From NCBI GenBank assembly GCA_030265395.1, contig JARFYF010000055.1, positions 22,101,747 to 22,165,746 on the forward strand: a DNA stretch of 64,000 bases, written 5' to 3'. The translations under genes were made by a program, and so were the position numbers. This document shows, piece after piece, positions 37,425 through 50,044 of this stretch; the stretch's first letter is position 1; each line of letters begins with the position of its first letter. A model generated the notes under the pieces. That model was not told the DNA's origin. It saw only the letters and a list, made by a program, of their open reading frames with translations, and did not search any database. The stretch is from Rhina ancylostomus. Lineage: Eukaryota.

Positions 37425-39774
37425 ATGTCAGGGATGGCAACAACCTTGTTCATCAGATAATGGATATTCTAGAGGGTAACGCAAAAAGGGCTAGGAGATG
37501 GTGGAAGATTCTTAGTGGGATAGAGGGTGGCTTGAACAAAACAGGAAAGTGATTGATAATGAGCTCAAAGTGACAACTAAACCATGTATGCTGATGGACA
37601 TTGAGGGACCTTGGATTATTACATTGATCCAGCACCACTCCTTACCTGTGTCCTCCTTACCTGCTTCACTCTCTATGCTGAGCATCGTTAGTCATTTCTA
37701 TTTCCACCTCAGATCCTCCCCATATGTGATGCAGATGGAGGTAGAGGAAAACTGTACCCATAGGTTTCAACTGCGAATTTGCAAAACTGTGGCAGCTAAA
37801 TACAAAAATGGTAAGGGGTTACTGTACAACTGAGGAAGGTTTCCTCAGATTAACATATGTTTTCCAGATGAATCTGTTGGTAGCTTAATTAGAATTTATG
37901 ACANNNNNNNNNNNNNNNNNNNNNNNNNNNNNNNNNNNNNNNNNNNNNNNNNNNNNNNNNNNNNNNNNNNNNNNNNNNTCAGATAATTTTGTCTGAAGGA
38001 TTTTTTCCCCTTTTCATTAAGCAAACAACCATCCACTCAGATAATCTGGAGTCAAGGGTTCAGAATGAGTCATTTCTAAACTTCTTGTTAATCTTTCCAA
38101 TGCTCCACACTATTAAATTGTTGTGCGTAATTTCCTGTTTAAATAGACATTGATTTGTAAACAACCAATTAATTTGGGAATAGGCCAGATAATCAGCAAT
38201 CAACTTCCTGTCTTTTTGTGTGTTTTTCCAGTAGAATAATGGATCTGATGTGCTTTATGCAGTTTTCAAATGTGCTCTGAAGGCTTCCTGTATTTTAGTC
38301 ATGCTTACTGATTAGAAAAGAAGTGGTAGAATCTCTGGAGTGTGGGCAGGGAAATGCTCCAAAGGATCCATATTGTATGCAAAGTCAGATCCTGCAGAGA
38401 GAAGAATCTTTTTTATTAGAACAGGTTCCTGCAGGAGAATAATAATGAAGTATTTTAAGTATCAAGACTGTCCATGATTTTGCTTTTCCGCCCTCCCTTA
38501 TTTGACTTCTTCCTCTGCTCCCAGTGATCACTTCATTTAAAAGCAAGATCAATTATAATTTAATTTTAGATAATTCTAATGACAGGCTGATTAGACAAAA
38601 GAAAGGTTCCCGAATAATGACTCCCTTCCCCCTACATACACCTCATTACTTGGGTACACCCTGATCATTGGTTTATGCAAACATTTGTGACAATGGACCT
38701 GTTCCCAAATCTTCCCTTTATCTCTTCCCATTCATCTGAGGTAATACTTTCCATTGAGCACCTCGCTCAGTTTCTTTCCTCTGTCATGAATTTCCTTTAA
38801 AATCCTTGATTTTTTTTCCCCCTGCTTCCCATCAGTGTCCTAAGGCTCTCCTTTAATCTGCTTCATCCTCTATTCTACCTTTACTTCCAAATCCTCCCCT
38901 TCCTCCCTTCTGTTTTAGCTGCACTGCCCTCTTCACTGCCCAGCCTCTACTTTCAAGCAACTTCTCAGTCTCATCAGTTCTCACAACCTCTCCTCCCCAG
39001 GATCTGAGGCAACTTCAGATCACTTCAATGTATTTTCAGCTGCAACTGACTTCCCAGTTTTCTCACAATCTAGTTAAAAAAGTCATTCCTCCAGCTTCCC
39101 CACGCACCCTGTGGAGCACACGACCTCATCAATAATATAAACTTGCATTTACATAGCACCTTTAAAATAGCAAACAGCTCAAGGCATTTCATAGGAGCAT
39201 AATAAGACAGGAACTGAGACCAACTAAAGAAGAAAATATCAGGAGGCATAATTAAAAGGTAGGTTACAAGATTTCAATAGGGAGGCGGAAATGCAAAGAG
39301 GTGTTAGACAGGAATTCAGAAGCTTCATGTCACGAGGGTTAATTCACTAGTGGGGTAATGGAAATCAGACATTCACCAGAGTCCTGAGTTGGACAAGTTC
39401 TGGATGCTTAAAAAAATGGGGAGGGTGAAGGCCAAAAACAAAAGGGTGAGGATTTTAAAACTGGGGCAATGTTAAGCTAGCCTTTGATCACATGTGATGT
39501 GAGAAAGGAAATTATTGTGAGTTGCAATGTGAGTTTTGGATGAGTTCAAATCTATGAAGGGTAAAAGATGAGAGAAGGGACTTGGGAAGCATTTGAACAG
39601 TTGAATCTGAAGGTAAAAGAGACGGGTAAGAATTGCAGGAGAGATGGATTGAGACAGAATGGAGATGGGAAAAGTTACAGTGGTGGAAGTAAATGTTTTT
39701 ATGATCAGGCAGAGTCATTAGCTCAAAGGAGTTTGTGTTGTGGGCCTTTACAATGTTCAAATGAATGGAAATAT

Positions 39775-40790
39775 TATAAGCATATGAACATATAAATTAG
39801 GGGCAGGAGAAGGTCACTTGGCCCTTTGTGCTTACTCTGCCATTTAAGAAAATAATGGCTGATTTGATTGTAATCTCAACTCTGCATTCCAGTCAATCCG
39901 CAATAAACAATCAGTCCTTGCTTATCAAGAATCTATCTACCCTTTCCTTAAAAATATTCAAAGGCTCTGTCTCCACCACCCTTTTGAGGAAGAGAATTTG
40001 AGATTCACAATCTTCTGAGAGAAAATATTTTGTCTTATCTGGCTTAAGTGTGCAACCTCTTATTTTTATACAGTGATCCCTAGTTCAAGAGGAAACACCC
40101 TCTTCACATCCATCCTGTCAAGATCTCTGAGGATTTTGTATGTTTCAATTAAGTCCCCTTTCACGCTTCTAAACTCTGGCAGATACAAGCCTACCTGTCC
40201 AACTTCCCTTATTAGTAATCCGTCATGCCAGATGTTGGTCTGTAAAGCATCTCTGAACAGCTTCCAATGCATTAGTATCCTTCCTTAAATAAAGAGACCT
40301 CAAATGGGCGTGATACTACAGATGTGGCCTTGCCAATGACCCTAATGACATAATGTCCCTGGATTTGCATTCCATTCCCCCAGCAATAAACAATGACATT
40401 CTGTTCACTTTTGTAATTATGTACTTTTGAGAATCATGCAATGGGACACCCAGATCCTCTGCATCTCAGAGTTTTTTGTAATCATCCAGTATTTACATAA
40501 TATGCTTTATTGAAAAAATCCTGCCAAAATGGCCAATTTCATATTTTCCTGTATCATTATACAGATTTTTATTCATCCACTTAACCTCTCTGCATCCCTT
40601 TAGAGCCTGCTTATGTCTTTCTTTATAACTTACTTTCCCATCTATCCTGGTGTCATCAGCAAATTTAGTAACCCTACATTTGATGCCTTCACCTGTCATT
40701 TATATTTACTGTATTAAGTTGAGGTCCCAGGACCAATTCCTGTATCACACCACTCATTGCAGCACAGGACCCATTTATGCCTACTTTCTG
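39775..40790 (-). mobile_element. CR1 LINE fragment (second subfamily)
   Basis: Minus-strand frames contain KFADDT (RT catalytic motif) and GDLIETYKILRDLD. Confidence 0.8.
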
Positions 40791-41476
40791 TCTGAGGTTA
40801 CCTCCTGCACTATAAATTGGCTTAAACGTATCTACATTAGCTCATCAAAGACTGAATTTCATTTAATACTGAGAAGTGGGGGGTGTGGTATGGTGGTTTG
40901 AGGGAGATGGTAGCAATGAAGTAAAGTAGCACTTCATCATCCTGTACATGGATCTGATGGCATGCATCAAAATGATGTCACCAAGGAGAAAAGAAATATT
41001 AAAGGGCCCATTCAGGCCCTTGGGGAAAAAAAGGTGAAAGATAGGTCAGTGCAGAACATGCTTGAAGAGGGACATTGATTAATCATTGGATCTGACCTGA
41101 TAACTTTACTCCTTTCAGCCAATAATCTACTAATCCCAATTGCCCAGACATGCTTTTGGTTTTAATTAGGTAGAAAAACAAAGGATTTGGGAATTGTGTG
41201 GTAAAGTTACTTCAGTGAATATTTTCAGATTTGCTAACCATTCAATGGTGTTTGGTGTTTTTAATAGTTACCAGGTCTAATGGTACATTAGGACACTGCA
41301 CCACACTAAATACAGCATGTGCCTCAGTTTCCTGTTTCTATTCATCGACTGAGCATGATGTGCCTGATTTTGGGAATGTAATTTGGAACTGTTGGCTATT
41401 GATGTCTTTGTAATTGCCTGCTGTGACTTTCTTTTTAAGCAGGTAACATTGAATTAGGATTTGCTCAGCTGTAAAG

Positions 41477-41680
41477 ATGGAGATGAAGCCCAGGCATGCA
41501 GAAAATGAAAATCTTAATGAAGAGGCGAACAGGGAATCATCTCAGTGTTGCACATGGTGTCAGAAGCTTCATACAACTGTCTCTAATTGGATGCTTCCTG
41601 AAGAAGTCAGGAGTCGCTACTTGGAAAGAGCAAACTGCCTTCCTCCACCACTCTTCATTATCTCCATAAGTCTGGCTGAG
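41477..41680 (+). CDS. rhbdl2: Rhomboid-related protein 2, first coding exon
   Basis: aagATGG start and gag|gtagag donor. Translates MEMKPRHAENENLNEEANRESSQCCTWCQKLHTTVSNWMLPEEVRSRYLERANCLPPPLFIISISLAE, matching RHBDL2 WMLPE...YLERANC.PPP.FIISISLAE. Acceptor ttttaagcag| at 41442, with an upstream in-frame TGA at 41450. Confidence 0.92.
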
Positions 41681-42692
41681 GTAGAGTCTGCAATAATGAC
41701 ATGTCATAATCTTGAGCTCATAAATGTAATGAAGAACATATGATTGGAAAAGGATCTCAGTTTCTCCATTGCAAATGAGCTTGTTTCCCAAGAGTTAATA
41801 TCACAGCCCCACATCGGGCACAACTAGATAGATTAACCTTTTTCACTACATACCAATGGTCATATATTCTGAGATAAAGTATCGTGGCTGTGAGTTGTTC
41901 TGTTATTCATCAGTAATTAAGAATATCAAAAGAAGCAAATGGCATTAAAAAAACCTCTCTGTCAGATGTCAGCACCTCAATCTCAGTACTCAACTGATCA
42001 TCAAGGTTTTGAGATGTGCATTTGCGCTTTGGGGTTATAAGCTGAAATCTTGGATCCGAATTACATCCTCTGTAGCAAGCATTCCGTTTTTTAAAACTGA
42101 TTTTTACACAAATAAGGGGGACTGATGATAAAATGAGTTATGAAGTTTGATTGATAGAGTTATAGAAAAAATGGGATTGATGTAGAATTAGTGTAAATTT
42201 GTGGCTGGCGGTCAGTGCAAACTCAGTGGGCCAAAGGGCTGTATCTCTCTAAGATTCCACGACTCTAATGGAGAAATTAGAGTCCATTGGATGTTTTATC
42301 TATGTTGAAGAACTATGATACCTACTGCATTATAACAATGAAACTTCCCATCTTCCTGGAATCCTTTATACTTGTGATAGAACCTTTTATGGGGACATGA
42401 AGAAGATCTTAATAGCTTATTAGTCTATCAGTAAGATCCTTTAGTGACCAGTTCTATGTCTATGGTCAAAGCATTTGAACTGCTTTTAAATGTCTCTGGT
42501 GACCAGGGACACTTAAAAGATAGTTCAATAGAATTTCAGTAGTTTAAGAAAATACAAACTGTTGCAGGACTGTGTTGTGTGTGGCACATTTGTTGGAGGA
42601 TCTTTCCCTTCTGAATGTTTAATGTAAGGCCCATCCTCTTGCACAGTAAAGGAATTAACAATGGTTTGGAGCTAGGCCTCTAAGTGTGTAAA

Positions 42693-42712
42693 CATGCGCG
42701 CGCGTGTGTGCG

Positions 42713-42751
<39 letters not shown>
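42693..42751. repeat. Compound (CG)n/(TG)n/(CA)n microsatellite
   Basis: catgcgcgcgcgtgtgtgcgcgcgcgcgcacacaca..., a ~59-nt purine-pyrimidine alternation. Confidence 0.9.
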
Positions 42752-42753
<2 letters not shown>

Positions 42754-43265
42754 AAAGTAGTCTGTGTGACGAGGTTGAAATGATCTTGTCTCTGGGGTGG
42801 AGTCACTGAAGATCAGACAGTCTCATGCTCATCCAGTAGAAGACCTCCACTCCAGCAGAAAGCCTATTGGAAGTATTAGAACAAGAAGCTGATTAATGTA
42901 CTGACACACTGACAGCTTGATGCTGCCTGCACCAAGATTGAAGTCATCATGGAGAATCGACTTGTGGCCCTTTGGAGCTCAGGTCAGGGATTGGCCAAGG
43001 TCACCAGTGCTAGTTGGCCTCTTCTGCTGATTCTAATCACATTGATAACCAAAATTCCATTGCAGAGGCAATTACCCGTACCACAGGGGGATTTGCTACA
43101 AACCAAATGATGCAAAAAGCCAATTTCAATCTAAACATGCATTTTCTGGGATTTTGTAAATACTAAAAGAGGACAGCAACTGTAATCTGTGGTGGATTGA
43201 GTTAATTATCTTGGGAAGAAAATTGTTTCCATTTTCCATTGTGAAATTCTCTTTTTATTTTTCAG

Positions 43266-43414
43266 CTGGCTATTTTTATTTATTATGCTGTCTGGATGCC
43301 TCAGAAGCAGTGGATTACCCTCGATACAGGAGTGCGGGACAGCCCCTTCATTTATAGGCCTGATAAGAGGCAGGAGGCCTGGAGGTTTGTTTCGTACATG
43401 CTGGTGCATGCCGG
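43266..43414 (+). CDS. rhbdl2: RHBDL2 coding exon 2
   Basis: ttttcag| ... gg|gtaaga, 149 nt. LAIFIYYAVWMPQKQWITLDTGVRDSPFIYRPDKRQEAWRFVSYMLVHAG, including the rhomboid WR motif. Confidence 0.96.
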
Positions 43415-44051
43415 GTAAGAGTTTATCCAATGAATCTTGTTTTATTGTAGGATATTGATGTGCAGAAAATGTCTGAAATCACATGGTTGTAATGTTGACT
43501 TCTAAACACAACTCTGTGTCATAATTATGGTTGAAGGTTGTATGTGGCAGAAATAGGTAGGGTGTGACTATAATCTCTTAAATATATATAGTTATATATA
43601 TAGACTGTGTGTACTTGCACACAAAGATAGTGAATTTGGGAAGGAGTTCAATCACTATTTAAAACTGTTGGCTAATTATTAGCTGTAATATTAAATTTCT
43701 ACCAACAGGAGACTATCAAATCATCTGTGCAGCAGTTCAACTACAATCACAGTATCTGTCCTGTGCAAAGTATCCATATTGCTACTTTGTTGCAATAACT
43801 TTATATAAGGGTATTATCTATAGAAGACAAAAATCTGGCCTGGCTTATATAATAGGATTTGAAATTGATTAATTGAAGTTATAAGATTGTGAACAATGTT
43901 ACAACTTCAAAAGTGACTAGAGTTGAACAGCTTTTTCATTTAGACTCCCTGAAGTAAATGTACAGGCAGGCCATGAGAGTATAAGAAATAAGGAGATGGC
44001 TTGGGGGGGCATTATCACTCGGAGTAACCTGTTTGTTTTTTATATCGGCAG

Positions 44052-44164
44052 TGTTCAGCACTTAATAGGGAACCTTCTCATGCAGCTTATTCTGGGAATT
44101 CCTCTAGAGTTGGTTCACAAAGGCCACCGGGTTGGCCTGGTTTACATCGCAGGTGTGATTGGAG
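44052..44164 (+). CDS. rhbdl2: RHBDL2 coding exon 3
   Basis: ggcag| ... gag|gtgagt, 113 nt. VQHLIGNLLMQLILGIPLELVHKGHRVGLVYIAGVIG(G), including the HxxxN motif. Confidence 0.96.
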
Positions 44165-44211
44165 GTGAGTTACAATTCCTGTTTCATAATTCTCATAGTT
44201 TTATGACACAG

Positions 44212-44492
44212 TTAGGCCCATGAGCCTGTTGAGAGTAATCCCATTAGTTGCATACCCCCACTTATTTCCCAGTAGCTCTATTCTCTCTCACATGCCCACC
44301 AACTCTGGCACATTGTCCTGTCACCCATCTACACTAAAAGCAATTTACAGAAGCCAAGTTACAATAGTCTTTAGATGTGGGAAGAAACTGGAGCACCTGG
44401 GGAAACCCTCGCAGTCACAGACAGCAAAGGAGGCCAGGACTGAACATGGACTGCTCGAGCAGTTCAATAGCACTACCTGCTGTGCCACATTG
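44212..44492 (-). mobile_element. HE1/V-SINE-like copy
   Basis: gatgtgggaagaaactggagcacctggggaaaccctcgcagtcacag is the V-core reverse complement. Confidence 0.7.
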
Positions 44493-46601
44493 TAGACTGG
44501 TGCATATTATATGTTTGGAACTCAGGAATGAGTTAAAATTTAAAAGGGAAAGGGAAATTAGCCAAATGAGAAAGTCTGGCTGAAGGTTTATCAGGAGTAA
44601 ACCTATCTGTGCTCACATACTAGTTCATGTTGTGAGCAACCTTTTGCACCAGCTTTTTATAATATAATTCCCTTTTTCACACCACATCATGCACTTTTCA
44701 CACACAAATCCTTTTGTAAAGGATTGCAAAACCTGGAAGAGCCAGTTTTGCAGTGTAACTCTTGAGTCCTCCAAGCTGCTATAAGTCACATGTGTTGCAA
44801 CTTTAAAGGGTCTTTTTCCTGATACTCTTCAAGAAAAATCCCCAGGTGCAAAATTCAGCTGAACATCACCGTGCTTCTGACATGGTGCCTGTTGTGCCCA
44901 CAGGTATACATTTGTGGCAGGAGTTGCACTGGCTGGCGTACTGGGGCAAACACCAGCACACTTATACAATTACCCCTGAAAATCTATTGGGTAGGCAGAT
45001 CACAATATCAGCCAACATTTTCCAGCAAGATAGGATGCATGAGTATCGGTTACTCAAGGCCACCAGCATGATAAGAGGAGGGGAGAACTCCCAGAGCAAG
45101 GCAGGCTGCCTATCGAGGGAGGGCTAGAGGTAATCTGAGCAGGAGTTAAGCAGGAGTAACCTGGTTAAGGAGGAGTAACTTCATCATGGAAACAGTGATT
45201 GAGTTCTGCCAACATGCCACAACGACAACTGCAGCCCCAGACCCTGGCATGAACCGCACTGTGTGGCTGAGAGGGTGATGATGGCCTTTGTTTTCTTCAC
45301 CTCAGGCACATTCCAGGTGGTGACATCAGCACATCGCAATGAGAGCGTGCTGCTGAATTAGGCAGGTGATTGATGCTCTCTATTCAAGGAGAAGAACTGT
45401 GCGGAGGGTGGCTCAGTAACATTCCGAGCTTCCAGTTGGTGTGGGAATGATTGACTGCCACGTCACCTTGAGGACTCCCACCATCCCTGCTTTGCCATTG
45501 GTGATAGATCCTGTGACTGCTCCTCTCCTTATTGCTATCATTCCTTCCAGTCAGGGCATTGAACTACTTCCCTGCTGGTCTTCTGCTGTAACCACCAATT
45601 CTGTGGCACTGCATCCCGCAGAGAGAGGGGGAAGTGAGGTAACATGTGGCGTGAAATATTCTGAGCGATGTACTTGCTGATATATGGCAGAGTGCGCAAG
45701 CTGTGAGTGTAAAGTTCAGAGAAGTAACAAGTGTATTAGAGTGGGCAGGGTATATCAGTGCTCGCTCTGGCTAATGATTCACAAAGATTGTCGGTGAGTG
45801 AATGATATGAATGCGTTGCCTTTCACACTGTTTGAATAGCAGGAGAGGGCTTTGAAGATGTTTCATTGACATTGACTACTTATGTGAAAGCTTTAAACAT
45901 CTTTTGCCACAGTTTCCGCATCCCTGGGACTGCACTCCAAGTGTTCTCCTTGACTTCCATCTCCTCCCATTGCCAACTGGCTCTGTGCTTTGACTGCTCC
46001 CCGACAATAAGGGTAAAAGGCTTCTCTCCCTTCCACTTCATCTACTGATACCTATGTAGATGATGCTGAGAATCCAGATTCGTGCTCCCTGACTTTCCTC
46101 TGCCATCTCTTATAACACTATTCTACCAGAAGTGGTAGAACCTCCATTTGAAGCTACAGCAGACTTCCCCTTTAAGAGCTCCTGGCCTGGCCTTAATTAC
46201 CTTTGGACAGCTTGCAGTGATAAAAGCCACTTCTAAAATTAAACCCATAGTGTAGTACAAGACAATAACAATTAACTGTTTAATCATTACTGACTGGTCA
46301 TTACCAACCTGTTAGTGAGGGTCCAAGACGAATTTTGTGTGCTCTCTGCTTTGGCTGAAATGGGGCAGATTAATCATGCATCATGATCCCTGTTCCTATT
46401 TTTCAACACAAATTAGTGCCCTTCGTGTGTTTATAGAGCAAGTTAAATGTCCCTTGGAAAACGTCATCTGGAGCCACAAGGGAGTGAGTTAAGAGGGGCA
46501 AGGGAGAGAGCCACAGCACAACCTTAACAACATTCAGCCTTGGACAATCATTGACAAGCAATACTCACACCTCACAAGTACAAGCAATGGCTGTGTCCAA
46601 T

Positions 46602-46613
46602 GAGAGAGCGAGC

Positions 46614-46643
<30 letters not shown>
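46602..46643. repeat. (GA)n microsatellite
   Basis: gagagagcgagcgagagagagagaaagagagagagagagaga. Confidence 0.9.
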
Positions 46644-46645
<2 letters not shown>

Positions 46646-47351
46646 TGCTAACCACTTCCCCTTCAACCTAACTCCCCACTATCAACAGTCAGGGGACAGT
46701 CATTGACAGGAATCACATCTGAAGCTACCAGATAATAGCAGGGGCTCCAAGGGGATTTGAAAGTCTGCAGATTCTACTGTGAGGGACTTGCTACTTAATG
46801 CACAAAGCATTTCCACCATCTGAAAGACCAGTCGAGTGTGAGGATGAAATACTCTAAACTGGGTGAATGTTGCTCCAACAACACCTTATAATTAAAATTT
46901 AAGGGCACCTATTGCATGAAATGATTACCACCTGCATGTTCACATCCAAAACACATACTATCTGGACTTGGTGGAACCTCCATCACTGAGGTGTCAAAAC
47001 TCTGGAAGTCGCTAATACCAGTGAGGGGGTAACTTCATCACAACCACAGCAGAGTTATGGAAACAGTTTGAAAGGTGTTTGCATTCATCTTCCCTGTTGG
47101 CTTCATACCTCCTGGGCCATCTGTACATCAAATTGTGAAGCTTTGGAGGTTGATGTCAATGGACAAGTTGGCATGCATAACTTGCAAAGCCACTCTTGTA
47201 GCATGTAAACATCAAAAACATTCATTGCTGTGTCCCGTAACAGTGTACCTTCACTAGGAGTGAGATCTTCAGAAGAATTACTTTCAATGAGAGGTGTAGA
47301 CTACTGTTCTGTATACTGGCCCTGGAGAAGAGAAGGGACAAGATATGATGT

Positions 47352-47706
47352 TGTTACGTACCAGCAACAACAGAAACACACTGAGACGTGTATAAGTATT
47401 AAAAACTACTTTATTAATAACTACTTATGATAATAAGTAAAAGTAAAAATGTTAGAATGTTAGGAGCAAAAATGTTAAACCCTGAACGTTAACTCCCGAA
47501 ACTAACTAAACTTGTCGTGTGTTTGTGGCAAATTCCCAAACTCCACGTCCAGGAATGGTTCTTAAAGGTCAGTTCAGCAAGCCATAAGATGAAACGTGAG
47601 TAACTGTTGACGTAAGCACGCCACACACGCACGCACGCACGCACACACACACACACACACACACTATCTTAAAGGAAGCTCACTAATTGTAACCTAGTCC
47701 GTAACA
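47352..47706 (-). mobile_element. Solo LTR, Ty3/Gypsy-like
   Basis: Termini TGTTACG...CGTAACA (7-bp inverted, TG...CA), a perfect 4-bp target-site duplication ATGT (47348-47351 and 47707-47710), minus-strand AATAAA at 47410-47415, and retained CpGs. Confidence 0.8.
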
Positions 47707-48711
47707 ATGTAAACATGGGAATGTGGAGCTGTTGACATATATAGGGTTAAGATGGCTATAACTAATTAAGGATGTATTTAAATAACTCAGTCTTGAAGGA
47801 ACTATGAGTGTGAGAGATTAAGTCATTTCACCCGCAGCAAAACACATCAGTACCTCCAAAGCCATTTCCAGGAGAGCCAGGAATGTCCAGCAGCTCCTGT
47901 GGGGAGCTGATGTTTATTGATCTCTCTCTAATCATCCTGCTCCCTTGTACTCTGCATTCTTGGTACTTGTCAAAAAATGTCTGTGGGCACGAATGTACTC
48001 AAGGGATGCAGTGCATTCAGTGAGGGCTCCAACCAGGTAGATGCATCACATCTGGAGTGCCTCTGAGTGATGTGTAAAACAGTCTTTTGTGGGAACATGT
48101 TGGGAATTGGAGGAGCAGAGTGAAATTCTATCAGGTTACACATGGTGGCTGTGATTGAGGTAGATTGATAGATGCTTTTGATATTTCAATGTGTGTAACC
48201 AGTGATGTGAGAGGAGTATGGTTGATAAGACAGGACTGCAAGGCTGCTGTTGGGTGAGTGGTGTACACAATGGAACCTAGGTGTCCTGAGTCATCTCCAG
48301 CCATACCTTTACCTTAGCTGTAAGTTACTGTCTCATCTTGTTGGTAAACAGGATCTCCTTCCTTCTTGCTGCGTCACTCGGAGGATCTGCAAGGATATCT
48401 CAGTGCACTTCAACCCTCCTTACTTCCATTGTCCTGCTTCTACACAAACTCAGAGCCGCCTCCACCACTGCATCTGTGAACTGTTTATGTAGTTTGATCA
48501 TGTGGTTCTGTAATGCACCTGCTCAGGTGCAGTGGAGGAGTAAATCCCACCAATAAAATAGTAATGAGATACCCTTGCTTAAATTGCACTTTGTAACGTG
48601 TACCAGAATGTTGTGTGTTTGATAGTCACTATCACCACATCCCCATTCCCATCACACCCTCCATTCAAGCACCGAATCTGTGCTGATGTCAAACCCACCC
48701 AAGGGGCACAG

Positions 48712-49035
48712 TAAGACAATGGTTAAGTTTCTGGATTAGAAATAATTTTGGACCATTGACCCAGAGGCACACATTTAAATCCCAACATGGGAACTGGAAA
48801 CATTAAATTAAACTAATTAAATAAATCTGGAATTTAAACTAAAGTCTGAGAATCAGATTGTTGTAAAAGTCCATTTTGTTCACTAATGTCCTTAAGGAAA
48901 AGAAATCCACAACACGTATCCAGTCCAGCCAATATGACTCCTAACCCACCAACATAATTGAATCTTTACTGCCTATAATGCGGAAGGGCAATTAGAGAGG
49001 GATAATAAATGCCAGCATTGGCTGCAATATCAATA
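48712..49035 (+). mobile_element. Degraded tRNA-derived SINE
   Basis: A/B-box-like head (aatggttaag...tttaaatccca) and a tail ggcaattagagaggataataaatgccagc typical of shark SINEs (recall). Confidence 0.5.
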
Positions 49036-49943
49036 TTGCGTGAATGAATAAATTAAAAAATGTGTGAATATTGCCATGATGGTTCCACCTTGCAAGCTGG
49101 TGTGTGTGACCGGTGTAAACCCTGCCTCAGAGATGGTATGAGAATTTGAAACTATATTAAAATAACTAGGGCTTCCATAAGCTAATAAGAATCACAGTTT
49201 CCAACTAGGTCTCATGCTTCTGCTTTGAGGAGCTAACTTTGTGGTACATTACATTATAATGCAATGGCAGGATGACTAATTTGGAAACTATACTTTAAAT
49301 TTATCAAGCTGGTTAATTTCTTGTCTTTGTCACCTACAGGATTGTGTGATAGTAGGGGATGTGGTCACATGGAACATACCATGGCTTATTCAATCATTAT
49401 GCAATGTGTTTTAATGTATTATCAGTCATTCAGGTGCATGGAGCATTTGTTTGCTCCAGTTTCAAACAATGCTATATATTGTATATAATGAGGGTCAGGG
49501 TAGAAAGGAGAAGAACTAGATCACTTTGTCAAGAAGTGATTTAATCTTTTATGTGATCCATCCAAATCATTGGAGAAAGATCCCTTTGCTCTTAGCTAGG
49601 ATTTTACCCAGTTGAAATGGTATTTTGTTCTAAATGGAACATGAAAGTAAAGCATCTCTGAATTTCTTCTAAATGACCGGCAATCAATTAATCGAATGCA
49701 AAGATTAAATGGAGCATATTAATGCATAGAATGATTTTTCTTTTTGGGTATTGGAACTGTGAGTTTTAATATGAATAATTTCATTGACATCTTGAAAGAA
49801 CCAGGTCCCATGCTTCTGCTTTGAGGAGCTAACTTTGTGGTACATTACATCATTCTTGATGAACGTTGATTTTAAAAATACTGGACAACCCCTTGGGCAT
49901 CTTGAAGTTGGGCAGGGGAAGTTATCCTGTGTTTATTTTGCAG

Positions 49944-50044
49944 GCTCATTGGCTAGCTCAATATTTGATCCCTTGCTCAGTCTGGTTGGAGCATCAGGTG
50001 GAGGCTATGCCCTAATGGGAGGCTACTTTATGAATGTAATAGTG
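49944..50044 (+). CDS. rhbdl2: RHBDL2 coding exon 4 (catalytic Ser, GASGG)
   Basis: ttttgcag| ... gtg|gtaagt, 101 nt. (G)SLASSIFDPLLSLVGASGGGYALMGGYFMNVIV; the Ser codon TCA is at 49994-49996. Confidence 0.96.

Noticed and set aside
47850-48560. Possible decayed PIF/Harbinger transposon remnants (also ~45150-45760 and ~62300-64000)
   Set aside because: Only a vague resemblance; I could not read any TIR, TSD or DDE motif.
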